64,000 nt of DNA, from assembly GCA_963769425.1 (NCBI GenBank), contig CAVYLP010000002.1:1-64000 (forward strand), written 5' to 3'. This document shows positions 9,131-18,842 of this stretch, one piece after another; the stretch's first letter is position 1; every line of letters starts with the position of its first letter. This DNA comes from Candidatus Bathyarchaeota archaeon. Its GTDB lineage: Archaea > Thermoproteota > Bathyarchaeia > TCS64. The notes under the pieces were generated by a model that did not search any database, had not been told where the DNA came from, and was given only the letters and a program-made list of their open reading frames with translations. The position numbers and the translations under genes are program-made.

Positions 9131-9904
9131 ATGGCCGATCTCTCCATAGACCTAATTCTAGGAGTAGTAGTCGTCGCTGTCGCCGCCATCGCGATATTCA
9201 TGTTCTGGCGCGCAAGCGGCGGGTCGAAGAAGAAAGAGGGTGAAGCCACTGCCAAACCCGAGGACCCCCCGAAGGAGGAGGATCCCCTCAGGGTCGAGCT
9301 ACAGATGACCGAGCGCAAGGTCAAAGTCCCGCCCCTCGAGAAGAAGATCGCCTCAACGGACATCGATCGAGCGAAGAGCCAGATCAGGACCCTCACCCTC
9401 AAGCAGGAGATCAACAGCATGGTACTCCGACGCCTCTTCGAGGCTGAGGACGAGGGCGAGGTCAGCCGCGAGGAACGCGTCCGCCTCGGGAAGAGCTACG
9501 AGGACGAGATGAAGCAGATCGCCGATGACCTGAAGCGAAGTGAGATGCTCGTCAGCCTCGCGGAGCTGGAGTCGATACGCGAGGAGATCGTGAAGAAGTT
9601 CGAGGACAGTCTAAGCCAAACCCAGGGCCGCATAGACCAGATAATAAAAGAGCTGAAGATCGAGGAACCCCCCAAACCGACTGAGGAGGAGAAGCCGAAA
9701 CTCCCCGCGGCCACTAAGAAGCGCCGCGTGGTGCCTAAGGTGAAGACCGAGGAAGGGGAGGAGGAGAGCGAGGAAACAACGGAGGCAGAGGGGGAGGAGA
9801 AGCAGCCGGCCGGCAAGGGCGATGTCGAGACCCGCCTAGAACAGCTTAAGAAAGAGGTAATGAAGGAACTAGACGAACTCGACAAGCTTGAACTGGAGAC
9901 CTAA
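9131..9904 (+). CDS. membrane-anchored coiled-coil hypothetical protein
   Basis: N-terminal TM helix followed by a charged helical region; genome-typical codon usage. Confidence 0.8.
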   Translation: MADLSIDLILGVVVVAVAAIAIFMFWRASGGSKKKEGEATAKPEDPPKEEDPLRVELQMTERKVKVPPLEKKIASTDIDRAKSQIRTLTLKQEINSMVLRRLFEAEDEGEVSREERVRLGKSYEDEMKQIADDLKRSEMLVSLAELESIREEIVKKFEDSLSQTQGRIDQIIKELKIEEPPKPTEEEKPKLPAATKKRRVVPKVKTEEGEEESEETTEAEGEEKQPAGKGDVETRLEQLKKEVMKELDELDKLELET

Positions 9905-9906
9905 AC

Positions 9907-10626
9907 TTGAGTGCAAGCACAGCAGCCAAGAAGAAGGCCGCCATGAGGGCGGTTAAACACATAGAGAACGGCATGATACTCGGCCTCGGGAGCGGCACAA
10001 CCGTCTCCTTCGCCATAAGGTACATCGGGGAACTCATCGCCACCGACGAGCTCTACGACATCTACGGGGTCCCGACGAGCATCCAGACTACTTTCGAAGC
10101 GATAAAAGCCAAGATACCGCTAACGAGCCTCGACGAGCACCCACAGCTTGACCTCGGCATAGACGGCGCGGATCAACTCGACGTCAAGCTCAACGCAATA
10201 AAGGGGGGCGGCGGCGCCCTGATGAGAGAAAAGATTGTCGCAGCCGCCTGCAAAGAGTACATCCTAATAGCGGACGAGTCGAAGCTCACGGATGTCCTCG
10301 GGACTGGAAAAGTAGTCCCTATCGAAATTCACCCCTTCGCCGTCACTCCCGCTCTGAAAAATGTGGAGAAGCTGGGGGCAAAGGTCAGCCTGAGACAGAG
10401 CTCGGGCAAGCTCGGCCCACTCGTCACCGACAACGGCAACTACATAATCGACGCCGACTTTGGCCCCATCCAGGATCCGTGGTGGCTGAACAGGGAGCTG
10501 CATGCCATACCCGGGATAATCGAGACGGGGATGTTCCTCGGCTACGCACACATCGCTTACATCGGCGGCAGGGGCTCGGTGAAGAAGCTCAAGCCTCAGC
10601 CCGACGCCACACTTAAGAAGATTTAA
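9907..10626 (+). CDS. rpiA: ribose-5-phosphate isomerase A
   Basis: GLGSGTT, DGAD, IKGGGGALMREKIVA, VTDNGN. Confidence 0.97.
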   Translation: MSASTAAKKKAAMRAVKHIENGMILGLGSGTTVSFAIRYIGELIATDELYDIYGVPTSIQTTFEAIKAKIPLTSLDEHPQLDLGIDGADQLDVKLNAIKGGGGALMREKIVAAACKEYILIADESKLTDVLGTGKVVPIEIHPFAVTPALKNVEKLGAKVSLRQSSGKLGPLVTDNGNYIIDADFGPIQDPWWLNRELHAIPGIIETGMFLGYAHIAYIGGRGSVKKLKPQPDATLKKI

Positions 10627-10627
10627 T

Positions 10628-11200
10628 CTATTCTAGGAACGAGTCCGAGCTCTTAGAGTAAGCAGCGTACGCGAGGTAATAGACGAGTGCGATTATTCCC
10701 AGACCTCCTATTAACCAGAAGTCTCCAGCGAAAGTCAGGGCATTTGTTGCGAAGTGGAAGAAGACGGCGATGCCATAGTACATCAGGAATTTGTGCTTAG
10801 CCACTCCGTAGGCGACTAGGGAGGTGTTCGCGGCGTGGAAGAACATCTCCGGAAACCTAATCGAGATAGGGGCGCCGAAAAAAGCGACGTAGACGACGAA
10901 CTCAGCGATCCCGAAGCCCAGCCCTGACAGAAAGCCCAGCTTGATGATCGACTTCTCAGTCTCAGCATGGCGGTTAAGCAAGGGAAAGATTTTGGTGAAC
11001 TCTTCTATCAGGGGGGCGAAGACGGTGACGAGGATGACATACCCTATGTCTCCGGGGATGGTGACAGCGACGTAGTCCCGCGCCAGTGTCTCGAGGAAGA
11101 CTGAGATCGCTACGCTGACTATAAGCCCTTGCACGAGGAAAGATGTCATCTCGAGGGTGCCGGGGTGGTGGAGCGGCACCGTCGTTGATTGGTTCTCCAT
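10628..11200 (-). CDS. PrsW family intramembrane metalloprotease
   Basis: APLIEEFTK, GLGFGIAE, H and HxxxN motifs. Confidence 0.85.
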   Translation of the reverse strand: MENQSTTVPLHHPGTLEMTSFLVQGLIVSVAISVFLETLARDYVAVTIPGDIGYVILVTVFAPLIEEFTKIFPLLNRHAETEKSIIKLGFLSGLGFGIAEFVVYVAFFGAPISIRFPEMFFHAANTSLVAYGVAKHKFLMYYGIAVFFHFATNALTFAGDFWLIGGLGIIALVYYLAYAAYSKSSDSFLE

Positions 11201-11312
11201 GTTGACTCTTGGAACAGTTTTTTTAGATATACCTTTCCGATCTCGTTTCTAGAAAGGCTTAAAATGGCTGGGAGGGTTGCATAGAAAGCGGTGCCCCGGT
11301 ATGGGGCGTCGC

Positions 11313-11398
11313 GCTGGGGTCTCCTAGCCTGGTAGGGAGCGGGCCTGCTAAGTCCGTGAGCCTTGCTCACATGGGTTCGAATCCCATCCCCGGCGCCA
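11313..11398 (+). tRNA. tRNA-Ser(GCT)
   Basis: Acceptor GCTGGGG/CCCCGGC, anticodon loop CTGCTAA, long variable arm, TTCGAAT, encoded CCA. Confidence 0.95.
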
Positions 11399-11439
11399 AA
11401 TTTTATTAGCCATATATAAAGGAGTAATTCAATATTAGT

Positions 11440-11880
11440 ATGGAAGTAGCTATGTCATACTACGTCAAGGACTACATGGACAAGGAGTTCCCCACCATAG
11501 AGGTCGAGGCGATGGTCGTCGACGCGGCGAAGATCCTCGACAAGGAGAAGAAGGGCTACGTCATCGTCCTCGAGAAGGGCAAGCCCTATGGGATCGTAAC
11601 CGAGTGGGATATAGTGAGCAAGGTGGTCGCCGCCGAGATGGATCCGAAGAAGCTGACGGTGAAGCAGATCGCCTCCACGCCCCTAGTGACTATCGACCCC
11701 GACTTGGACCTGCTCAAGGCGTCCGAGCTCATGCAGAAGAAGGACATAAAGAGGATACCCGTCGTTAAGGGCGGCGTCATCTACGGCGTGGTAACTGCGA
11801 CGAACATCGCACAGAAATGCGGCGAGTACGTCAACAAGTCCGTCAAGGACATCCTGCGCTGGTCCTTTCCCATAGGCTAA
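11440..11880 (+). CDS. CBS domain pair protein
   Basis: VKDYM, GIVTEWDI, IKRIPVV. Confidence 0.92.
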   Translation: MEVAMSYYVKDYMDKEFPTIEVEAMVVDAAKILDKEKKGYVIVLEKGKPYGIVTEWDIVSKVVAAEMDPKKLTVKQIASTPLVTIDPDLDLLKASELMQKKDIKRIPVVKGGVIYGVVTATNIAQKCGEYVNKSVKDILRWSFPIG

Positions 11881-12509
11881 ACTTTCTGAATGGTCACTCC
11901 CCGAGTGGGGAGTTCTTTCCTCAACTGCTCAACGTTTTCAAATTTTATCGATCGTATCCCCATGGACTCGGCAGCACTAACGCAATTGACGTTGTCGTCG
12001 ATGAAAAGGCACTCATCCGCCCCAAGACCAAGGCGTCTCATTGCGAGCCTGTAAATCTCCAGATTCTCAGGGGTGCACTTTGATATGTCAGGTTTTCTCA
12101 ACCCGACCTCACACGAGAAGACAACGGCGTCGAAGAGGGCCTCTATCCCGTGAGCTCTGAGCCACCTCGCCCTTGATGGTTCGAGGTTTGAGAGCGCGGC
12201 TACGCGGTATCCTGCCGTTCTCAGTTCAGTTAGCAGTTCGAGTAACTTGGGATTGTATCTCGCTGCCTCGAACGTCTTCCCCCAGACCTCATTGAAGCAG
12301 GGGGGTGGGGGACCGAAGCGGCTGAACGTCTCCCTCAGCCAATCGACTTCTGTTACCTTCCCCGTCTGTGCGTCTGGCATACCCCTCTCTGCAACCGACT
12401 TGAAGCTCTCCGCGGGTATGCCGTATCTCTCCTCAATGTAACGGTAAGTTGTAGAGTTGGTCCACTCGACGACGACCCCACCGAGGTCGAAGATGAGCCC
12501 CTTGATCAA
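11877..12509 (-). CDS. HAD family hydrolase
   Basis: IFDLGGV, LSN, KPD, FIDD; TTG start at 12509 overlaps the upstream stop. Confidence 0.9.
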   Translation of the reverse strand: MIKGLIFDLGGVVVEWTNSTTYRYIEERYGIPAESFKSVAERGMPDAQTGKVTEVDWLRETFSRFGPPPPCFNEVWGKTFEAARYNPKLLELLTELRTAGYRVAALSNLEPSRARWLRAHGIEALFDAVVFSCEVGLRKPDISKCTPENLEIYRLAMRRLGLGADECLFIDDNVNCVSAAESMGIRSIKFENVEQLRKELPTRGVTIQKV

Positions 12510-13306
12510 CTCTGGCTCGCACCCTCGACGGCCTTCTTGATCTCGCCCACGAGTTTCTCCCTTTGGTGTAGGCTGCCGCTTATCTGGACGCCGTTGACGG
12601 TCAGCTCGTGGTTCGCGAGGCGGATCGACTCCTGGGGCTCCTCCCACTGGTTAATGATCGCGACGGGCATGACGGGAAAGATGCCGGTGATGAGATCCCT
12701 CACCCTGAGCGCGGTGGGGTAGGAGTACTCGCACGTCGGGTTGTAGACGATGATGGCCCTGCCCTCGTCACGTTTCGATTTAGTGTAACTCAGTTCGTGG
12801 GGAGGGATGTATTTTCCGGCTACCTCGTACGCCATCTCCGTGTCCATCTTCCTGAAGCCGTTCGCCTCGTAGAGCCTCTCCATCGGGACGCCCTCCCCCG
12901 TGTTGAAAGCCTCGGAGGCGATGAAGCTGCACTTGCCCCCGTTCAGGCATCTAGGTCCGCGTTTGCACTCGTCGATGAGGTTCTTGATCAAGGCGGTTGA
13001 TGCACCCTTCCCCTGGGCCTCCTTGAAGGGGTTGTAGACGCATCGGAGGAGGACGACCCCAGTCCTCGGGTGTGGCTGATAGGGGACCGAGGTTTCGGGG
13101 TAGAATAGGAGCTGGGCGACCGGGTGCCCGTCGAGATAGGCGACCTTGACGCAGGCCCCAGTCACGGCCAGCATTTTTCTAATCCATCGCCGCCTGAGTT
13201 CGATTCCCTGCATCTGAAGTGGGTCCCCGAGCCTCCCATTGCTGCAGACCCTGAAGGCGTCGTCCAGGTTCTCCTCGGTAACATCCCGGACGGTGACAGC
13301 GCTCAT
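12506..13306 (-). CDS. GNAT N-acetyltransferase, YoaP-like
   Basis: VRDVTEEN..C, QGKGASTALI acetyl-CoA motif, C-terminal thioredoxin-like CEY segment. Confidence 0.7.
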   Translation of the reverse strand: MSAVTVRDVTEENLDDAFRVCSNGRLGDPLQMQGIELRRRWIRKMLAVTGACVKVAYLDGHPVAQLLFYPETSVPYQPHPRTGVVLLRCVYNPFKEAQGKGASTALIKNLIDECKRGPRCLNGGKCSFIASEAFNTGEGVPMERLYEANGFRKMDTEMAYEVAGKYIPPHELSYTKSKRDEGRAIIVYNPTCEYSYPTALRVRDLITGIFPVMPVAIINQWEEPQESIRLANHELTVNGVQISGSLHQREKLVGEIKKAVEGASQS

Positions 13307-13344
13307 GGGTGCAGAGTGCGGGGGGCGGGGTATCAGTTTTCCGC

Positions 13345-14433
13345 CTAGAGCGCGGTGAAGCCCTCGACGGTCTTCGCGTCGAGCCTCTTCGTCAGCTCCA
13401 TGATGAGGCGCACGGTGTTCTCAGTGTCCTTGAGGCTGAGGAGGCCACTGTGGCTGTGTATGTGCCTCGTGGGGACGCTGATGACGACGGTTGGGCAACC
13501 CGCCCTGCTCATGTGAATGGGTGCGCCGTCCGTCCTGCCGCCCTTCATCTGGCTGAGCTGGAGGGGTATCTGACTCTGCCTCGCGACCTCAATCACCCAC
13601 TCCTTCAGGGGCTGGTTCGGAATCATCCCCGCGTCGAAGGTAAGCAGGCTTGGGCCCTTACCCATCTTCGCCTGGGCGTCCTGAGGTTTGATCCCGGGAA
13701 CATCCCCCGCGATGTCCACCTCGAGGATGATCGCCACGTCGGGGTCGACGACGTGCGCTATTGTTTGGGCCCCCCTGAGGCCGACCTCCTCCTGAACGGT
13801 GGCTACGCCGTAGATGGTGTTGGGGTGGCTTATCTTCTGGGCCTTCATTCTCTTGATGGCCTCGGCGAAGACGAATGCACCGATGCGGTCGTCGAAGGCC
13901 TTCCCCATGGCGACCTTTCCGTTCTGGATGAGTTGGAAGGTGCTGTAGGGTACGACTGGGTCGCCGACTTTAACTCCGCAATCCTCGGCCTCCTGCCTAC
14001 TCGTGGCGCCGACGTCGATGAACATGTCCTTCTTCTCGACAACCTTCTTTCTCTCCTCCTCAGAGAGGATGTGCGGCGGCTTAGAGGCTATGATGCCATG
14101 TACGTCGCCCTTGCTCCCCCTGATGACGACGCGCTGCCCGAGGAGGACCTGGTCAAACCAGCCACCAAGCTGGTTGAATGTGAGGAAGCCCTCATCGGTC
14201 ACGCTGGAGATTATGAAGCCGACCTCGTCCGTGTGTCCTGTGATAAGGACGCGTGGGCGGTCGGAGCTGCCCTTAGCGACGAAGCCGACAGAGCCGAGCT
14301 TGTCGGTTATCACCTCGTCGGCGTAGGGCGCCATGTGCTTCTTGAAGAGGCTGTTGACCTCCCTCTCGAAGCCTGAGGGGCCGAAGGCCTCCATCATCTC
14401 CTTCATGAGCTTCATGGATTTGTTGTCGAACAA
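13345..14433 (-). CDS. M42 family aminopeptidase (TET-like)
   Basis: GPSGFE, HTDEVG, KAFDDR, QEEVGLRGA, TDG, HSH. Confidence 0.95.
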   Translation of the reverse strand: MFDNKSMKLMKEMMEAFGPSGFEREVNSLFKKHMAPYADEVITDKLGSVGFVAKGSSDRPRVLITGHTDEVGFIISSVTDEGFLTFNQLGGWFDQVLLGQRVVIRGSKGDVHGIIASKPPHILSEEERKKVVEKKDMFIDVGATSRQEAEDCGVKVGDPVVPYSTFQLIQNGKVAMGKAFDDRIGAFVFAEAIKRMKAQKISHPNTIYGVATVQEEVGLRGAQTIAHVVDPDVAIILEVDIAGDVPGIKPQDAQAKMGKGPSLLTFDAGMIPNQPLKEWVIEVARQSQIPLQLSQMKGGRTDGAPIHMSRAGCPTVVISVPTRHIHSHSGLLSLKDTENTVRLIMELTKRLDAKTVEGFTAL

Positions 14434-14759
14434 CTTGTTTCGATACTCGTTGGATTCATCGGCGATTTAGCTTAATCGCCTCCGCCCGCGCGCGGAGCAC
14501 GCTCTCTATAGTATATAGGCTCTATGTTACTAATCGACTGCTCCTTGTTTCCGCCATCGTGAAACTGAACGCCGTGGTGACCCCTCAACATTTCACGGAG
14601 GTGTTGTTATTGGGAACCGTCAGGGTCCCGTGGTAGAACACCCTATTATTAACATGATAGAATCAAATACCATCTCTTTTCCGATTGTTTTTGATTCATA
14701 TAGTTATGGATTGTTGAAGTGGGGGTTTTATCCGTATGTCACAGGGGTCTTAGAAGTAA

Positions 14760-14878
14760 GGAGCCGCACCGCGTCGAGCGTCGTTCCGCGTTGCCGTTGG
14801 GGCGGTCTCCCCCGGTGGTATTCGAGGAGCGACAGCCTTACCGTTCCTTGGAAGCCCGCTGCCCGCGGTCACGGCACC
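14760..14878 (-). ncRNA. candidate structured RNA, family unassigned
   Basis: GC-rich island in an AT-rich intergenic region; ends pair (GGUGCCGUGACCGCG / CGCGGUGCGGCUCC); TATA-like element ~25 nt upstream. Confidence 0.45.
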
Positions 14879-14914
14879 TTAAAATTATGATTGTATCAAC
14901 GTAAAAGGTTATTC

Positions 14915-14967
14915 TCTCATCAAATGAGAACAACTCAAATGTATGGGATTGTCTCAAAATAATGAGA
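14915..14967. promoter_or_regulatory. tandem palindromic operator-like sites TCTCA-N5/6-TGAGA
   Basis: TCTCATCAAATGAGA (14915-14929), TCTCAAAATAATGAGA (14952-14967), degenerate copy between. Confidence 0.5.
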
Positions 14968-14972
14968 ACGTG

Positions 14973-15980
14973 CTAATTCTGGACTCCGGATTCCTGATAT
15001 CTTAACCTGCACCCGATCGCATCCAAAGATGCCCTAACCCCGACGGGGATAGTCGCAATCGGATTAGTGTGCCCTAGGTCAACGCCCGTCACGATCGGGA
15101 AATCGTACCCCTCCAAGCATTCGTCGAGGATCATCTCCAGCGAGTCGCCCTCCTTCAAACCCACGACGGAGGGAATCCTTCCAACCATCAGACCACTTAT
15201 CTTCTCGAACGCGCCCGTCTGCTCAAGCTGTTTGAACTCCCGGGCGATCCTCCCCGTCGGCCCACCGTCCTCATCCTCCTCGACGAAGAGTATCCTCCCC
15301 TCTAGATCTGGCCAGTAGTCTGTCCCCGCGAGCGTGAGGAGTGTCCCAAGGTGGCCCCCCAGTAGTGTGCCGTCGGCCTCTCCCCTTCGATAAGTTTTCC
15401 AACCCGTGTTCGGGATCTCCTGCGGCGGCTTCTCCGGATGTTGCCAGTAGTAGGGGTCGTCGATGTATGTTGGCGCCGCCTCAAGCGTCCTCGGGGCAGT
15501 AGTGGTCATTGTGGCCCTCTTGAAGTCCTCCACCTCCCAGTCCATGAGATGGGCGTGTGTCCATGTGACCAGTGCGGGTCCCTGGAAGTTGACGAGCCAC
15601 GCCTTCTCGAGTAGCGCGACGTTTAGCACGGTTATGTCGCTGTACCCGACGAAGACCTTCGGGTGTCTTCGGATTGTCGCGTAGTCGAGGAGGTCGATGA
15701 TGTCGTTGGAGTTCCAGCCCCCCCAGACAGTCATTATACCGTCGACGTTGGGGTCTGTGAAGGCGTTCATGAAGTCTGCAGCTCTTTCATCTGGGGTCCC
15801 TGAGGTGTGGCCGTGGCGGTGGCTAGCTAGGGGGCTCACCTCGACCTTGAACCCGAGTTTCTTGAGGTTCTCCACACCCCTGTCGACGACGCTCTTGTCG
15901 AGTATGTCCATGCTGCTCGCTGGGGCAACGATTCGTATTGTGTCCCCCACGCGGAGGCGCCTGGGCTTGACTAGCTCCAT
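14973..15980 (-). CDS. S66 family LD-carboxypeptidase (MccF-like)
   Basis: GDTIRIVAPAS, GYSDIT, GG.L, ILFVEE, GHT. Confidence 0.93.
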   Translation of the reverse strand: MELVKPRRLRVGDTIRIVAPASSMDILDKSVVDRGVENLKKLGFKVEVSPLASHRHGHTSGTPDERAADFMNAFTDPNVDGIMTVWGGWNSNDIIDLLDYATIRRHPKVFVGYSDITVLNVALLEKAWLVNFQGPALVTWTHAHLMDWEVEDFKRATMTTTAPRTLEAAPTYIDDPYYWQHPEKPPQEIPNTGWKTYRRGEADGTLLGGHLGTLLTLAGTDYWPDLEGRILFVEEDEDGGPTGRIAREFKQLEQTGAFEKISGLMVGRIPSVVGLKEGDSLEMILDECLEGYDFPIVTGVDLGHTNPIATIPVGVRASLDAIGCRLRYQESGVQN

Positions 15981-16015
15981 GCATTAGAAGAATTTCTAAG
16001 AGGTAAATAAGTTGG

Positions 16016-16786
16016 TCAGGGGATGACCTTGCGCGCCGTGGTCAGGTAGCCGCTGTGCCCGATCATGAGGGTCTCGGGGCGCGTCTTGTTCTCCGCCACC
16101 GTGATGCGGCGCATGATGAGCTCCACCGTCTCCACCTCAATGAAGGGCTTCGCCTCCAATGCGTAGACCGTCTTCATCACCTGCTCGATTGTGGGGCTGA
16201 AGCTGAGGAAGACGCCACTCCCAGCAAGGGCCTCCCAAGCGTGGTCGATGACGAGCCACGGGGTCGCCATGTCAAGCGTCACAGCGTCCACTCCCCTCTC
16301 GGTGATACCCTGCGTGATGTCCCCTAGCTTCATCTCGACTATGGGTCGGAGGCCGGACCTGTCGATGTTCCCTGCCGCTATTCGCTGGCTTCTCTCATCT
16401 ATCTCGTATGTGTAGATCTTTCCGTCGGGCATGACGGCGTTCGCGAGAGACATGGTCAGCGCCCCACTCCCGGTACCAGCCTCCACGACGGTGGAGCCGT
16501 TCCCGATCCCGAGCTGGTAGAGGATGTACCCGATGTCCTTTGGGTAGAGGACCTGGGTTCTCCGGTCTGTTTTCAGAACCCTGTCCCTTATTAATGGTTT
16601 CAGGGCGTAGAAGCTGATGTCGAGACTACTGACGACTGTTGAGCCGTAGGGCTTACCGACGAGGTCGTCGAGGATTATGAATCCTTTGTGGGTGTGGAAC
16701 TGCTCCCCCGACTCGACCCTGATCTGGTAGGTCCGCTCCCGGTCTAGATAGAGGAGGACGTCGTCGCCCTCGGCTATTGTCTTCAC
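16016..16786 (-). CDS. trmI: tRNA (adenine-N1)-methyltransferase
   Basis: TQVLYPKD, EAGTGSG, LDM..PW, FSPTIEQV, GHSGY. Confidence 0.95.
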   Translation of the reverse strand: MKTIAEGDDVLLYLDRERTYQIRVESGEQFHTHKGFIILDDLVGKPYGSTVVSSLDISFYALKPLIRDRVLKTDRRTQVLYPKDIGYILYQLGIGNGSTVVEAGTGSGALTMSLANAVMPDGKIYTYEIDERSQRIAAGNIDRSGLRPIVEMKLGDITQGITERGVDAVTLDMATPWLVIDHAWEALAGSGVFLSFSPTIEQVMKTVYALEAKPFIEVETVELIMRRITVAENKTRPETLMIGHSGYLTTARKVIP

Positions 16787-16867
16787 GGCGAAGCATGGGT
16801 TGGAGCGGAATAAAACCTTCACCCCCCGTGGCAGAGCTTTTAACCCCGCGACGCGGAGACCCCGACC

Positions 16868-17242
16868 ATGAAGAACCTGGAAGAGTACAACAAGTTCAGG
16901 AAGGAGATGAACGAGCGCATCCTAAACTGCGGCCACCTTGGGTTGAAGAGGTTCTGGGCGCTGGATAGTCGTGCCTACGAGAAGGGGGCTCTCGACGAGA
17001 AGACTCTGGAGCTCCTCGGGCTGACCACGAGCATGGTGCTCCGCTGCGACGACTGCGTCACATACCACATAGTCAGGTGTATTCAGCTCGGGATAACCGA
17101 CAAGGAGCTCTACGACGCCCTCAACGTCTGTGTCATAGTCGGCGGCTCGATCACCGTCCCCCACATCAGGCGGGCATTCGAGACCATCGACAACTGCAGG
17201 GAGCTGGAGAAAAGCGACCCGGGACTGAAGAGCCTCCTCTAA
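16868..17242 (+). CDS. carboxymuconolactone decarboxylase / AhpD-like protein
   Basis: GALDEKT.EL, RCDDCVTYH, VGGSI. Confidence 0.9.
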   Translation: MKNLEEYNKFRKEMNERILNCGHLGLKRFWALDSRAYEKGALDEKTLELLGLTTSMVLRCDDCVTYHIVRCIQLGITDKELYDALNVCVIVGGSITVPHIRRAFETIDNCRELEKSDPGLKSLL

Positions 17243-17275
17243 ACTTTTATTTACATTTAACATTATATTTTAGTC

Positions 17276-18763
17276 ATGGCGTCCACGGTCTCCCACTCGA
17301 AGCGGGACTTACTGCTGGTGCTAAGCTTAGCTCTCGCGATCAGGGCGCTCAGCTGGCAACTCCTCCCCCTCGACTGGAACTGGGACAGCTACCACCACTG
17401 GCAGATTAGTTGGCTGAGCCTCAGAGTGGGCTTCCCACAGTGGAGGCTCTGGGACCTGAACGGGTGCGAGTACTACTGGGCGATTTTCCCCCACCTGGTC
17501 GAGTCCGCCACGATGGCGCTGTCGGGGTCCCCAGGGATCCAGACCTTCAGGTTGCTGAACTCCATACTCGGGGGAGTGAACGCGGCGCTGGTCTACTTAG
17601 TCGGGAGGAGGTACGGTTCACCCCGGGCGGGGCTGTGGGCGGGCCTACTCTTCGCCGCCTTCCCCGTCGCGGCCATCTTCGACGTACTCGCCCTGCAGGA
17701 CACGATGGCCCTCACCTTCCTCCTCGCTTCCCTCTACATATCAAGGGGGAAACTCTTCTGGTCGGGTGTGCTGCTCGGGCTCGCGGGGCAGAGCCGGACG
17801 GAGTTGCTCCTTGTCTCGGTCGTGGTTGTGGTCTGGGTCGCGCTCATCGATCGCCTCTCGACGGAGCGGCTTCCAACGGTGATAGGGTGGCTCCTCGTGA
17901 CTGGGGTCGCCTCCTTCTACCTCTACAGCCAGACGGGGAATCCCTTCTACAACCTGTACTGGAGTCTCTACAACGTTTTCAGCGGCTCCCCGGGTTCGGG
18001 GGGCTTGTCATTCCTCGGCTCGATGTGGAATTGGGTGTCTTGGAAGCTGAGCGTCTGGCCCTACAAGGCAACAGGCATACTAATCCTGACCGCGACGGCA
18101 TCCACCTTCGCCTACTTCTTCTACTCCCTCATCCGGAGGCCCCGAGACTATCAGCTAGTCTACTTCCTCCCCACGGCGGCGGTCTCCGCGCCCATCTTCC
18201 TCACCTACATCGGCTCCGATGTACGAATGCTAACGATCATGCTTCGGGTCGCCACGCCCGTCGTCGCCTTGGGGGCACCCATCTTATTTGGATTCGTCTT
18301 GTCGCGGGTGAATCCAGGGTTCAAGGGTTACTCGGTCGCCCTTCTACTAATCATCACGGTGGGCTTCTACGCGCTAATCCCAGCGTATACAATCTATCAG
18401 GAGGAGGCGGCGAGAACGATGAAGATCGCCGACGAGGTGATTGGGCTCTACCCAGGGGGGACTCTTGTCTGCGACTACCCGATGATGAACTACCGCTTCG
18501 TCACCCGGTGGGAGCTTCCAGAGAAGTGCCTGCTCGGCAACCACTACGCACCCCAATACGCAGGAACAGCGGAGCCGATCGATTACGTTAAGTGGCTCTA
18601 TAATAACAGGGTGACTCTCTGGGTGAGGTACGGGGCGGATGCCGAGGTCGTCTACTCCGCCGTCCAGAGAATGTCGCCGAAGCTGTTCGTCGAAGCCTAC
18701 GAGAACTCGGGGATCAAGGTGTACCTCGTGGACCCGGCGGAACTCTCACAGATTCTGGGATGA
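17276..18763 (+). CDS. GT-C fold membrane glycosyltransferase (ArnT/PMT-like)
   Basis: Multi-TM, WDSYHH acidic motif after TM1, RLLNSILG..LVYL.GRR pattern. Confidence 0.75.
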   Translation: MASTVSHSKRDLLLVLSLALAIRALSWQLLPLDWNWDSYHHWQISWLSLRVGFPQWRLWDLNGCEYYWAIFPHLVESATMALSGSPGIQTFRLLNSILGGVNAALVYLVGRRYGSPRAGLWAGLLFAAFPVAAIFDVLALQDTMALTFLLASLYISRGKLFWSGVLLGLAGQSRTELLLVSVVVVVWVALIDRLSTERLPTVIGWLLVTGVASFYLYSQTGNPFYNLYWSLYNVFSGSPGSGGLSFLGSMWNWVSWKLSVWPYKATGILILTATASTFAYFFYSLIRRPRDYQLVYFLPTAAVSAPIFLTYIGSDVRMLTIMLRVATPVVALGAPILFGFVLSRVNPGFKGYSVALLLIITVGFYALIPAYTIYQEEAARTMKIADEVIGLYPGGTLVCDYPMMNYRFVTRWELPEKCLLGNHYAPQYAGTAEPIDYVKWLYNNRVTLWVRYGADAEVVYSAVQRMSPKLFVEAYENSGIKVYLVDPAELSQILG

Positions 18764-18842
18764 AGGGTTTAAAATTATTCAATCCATGGCTCCACTTGCC
18801 GCGAATTAAACTTAAATAGTCTGTCAAGTTCGTAGTTTTTCC

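Noticed and set aside
13309-14376. 355-aa plus-strand ORF and similar long shadow ORFs (17410-18591, 55504-56361)
   Set aside because: Antisense or alternate-frame shadows of clear genes, expected with high GC3 codon usage.
14760-14878. Cobalamin, lysine, ZTP riboswitch or T-box assignment
   Set aside because: Only fragments match (GGAACGGU, GGAGACC-GCC, GAAUA, GGUGGUA) and their order or context does not fit those consensus folds.
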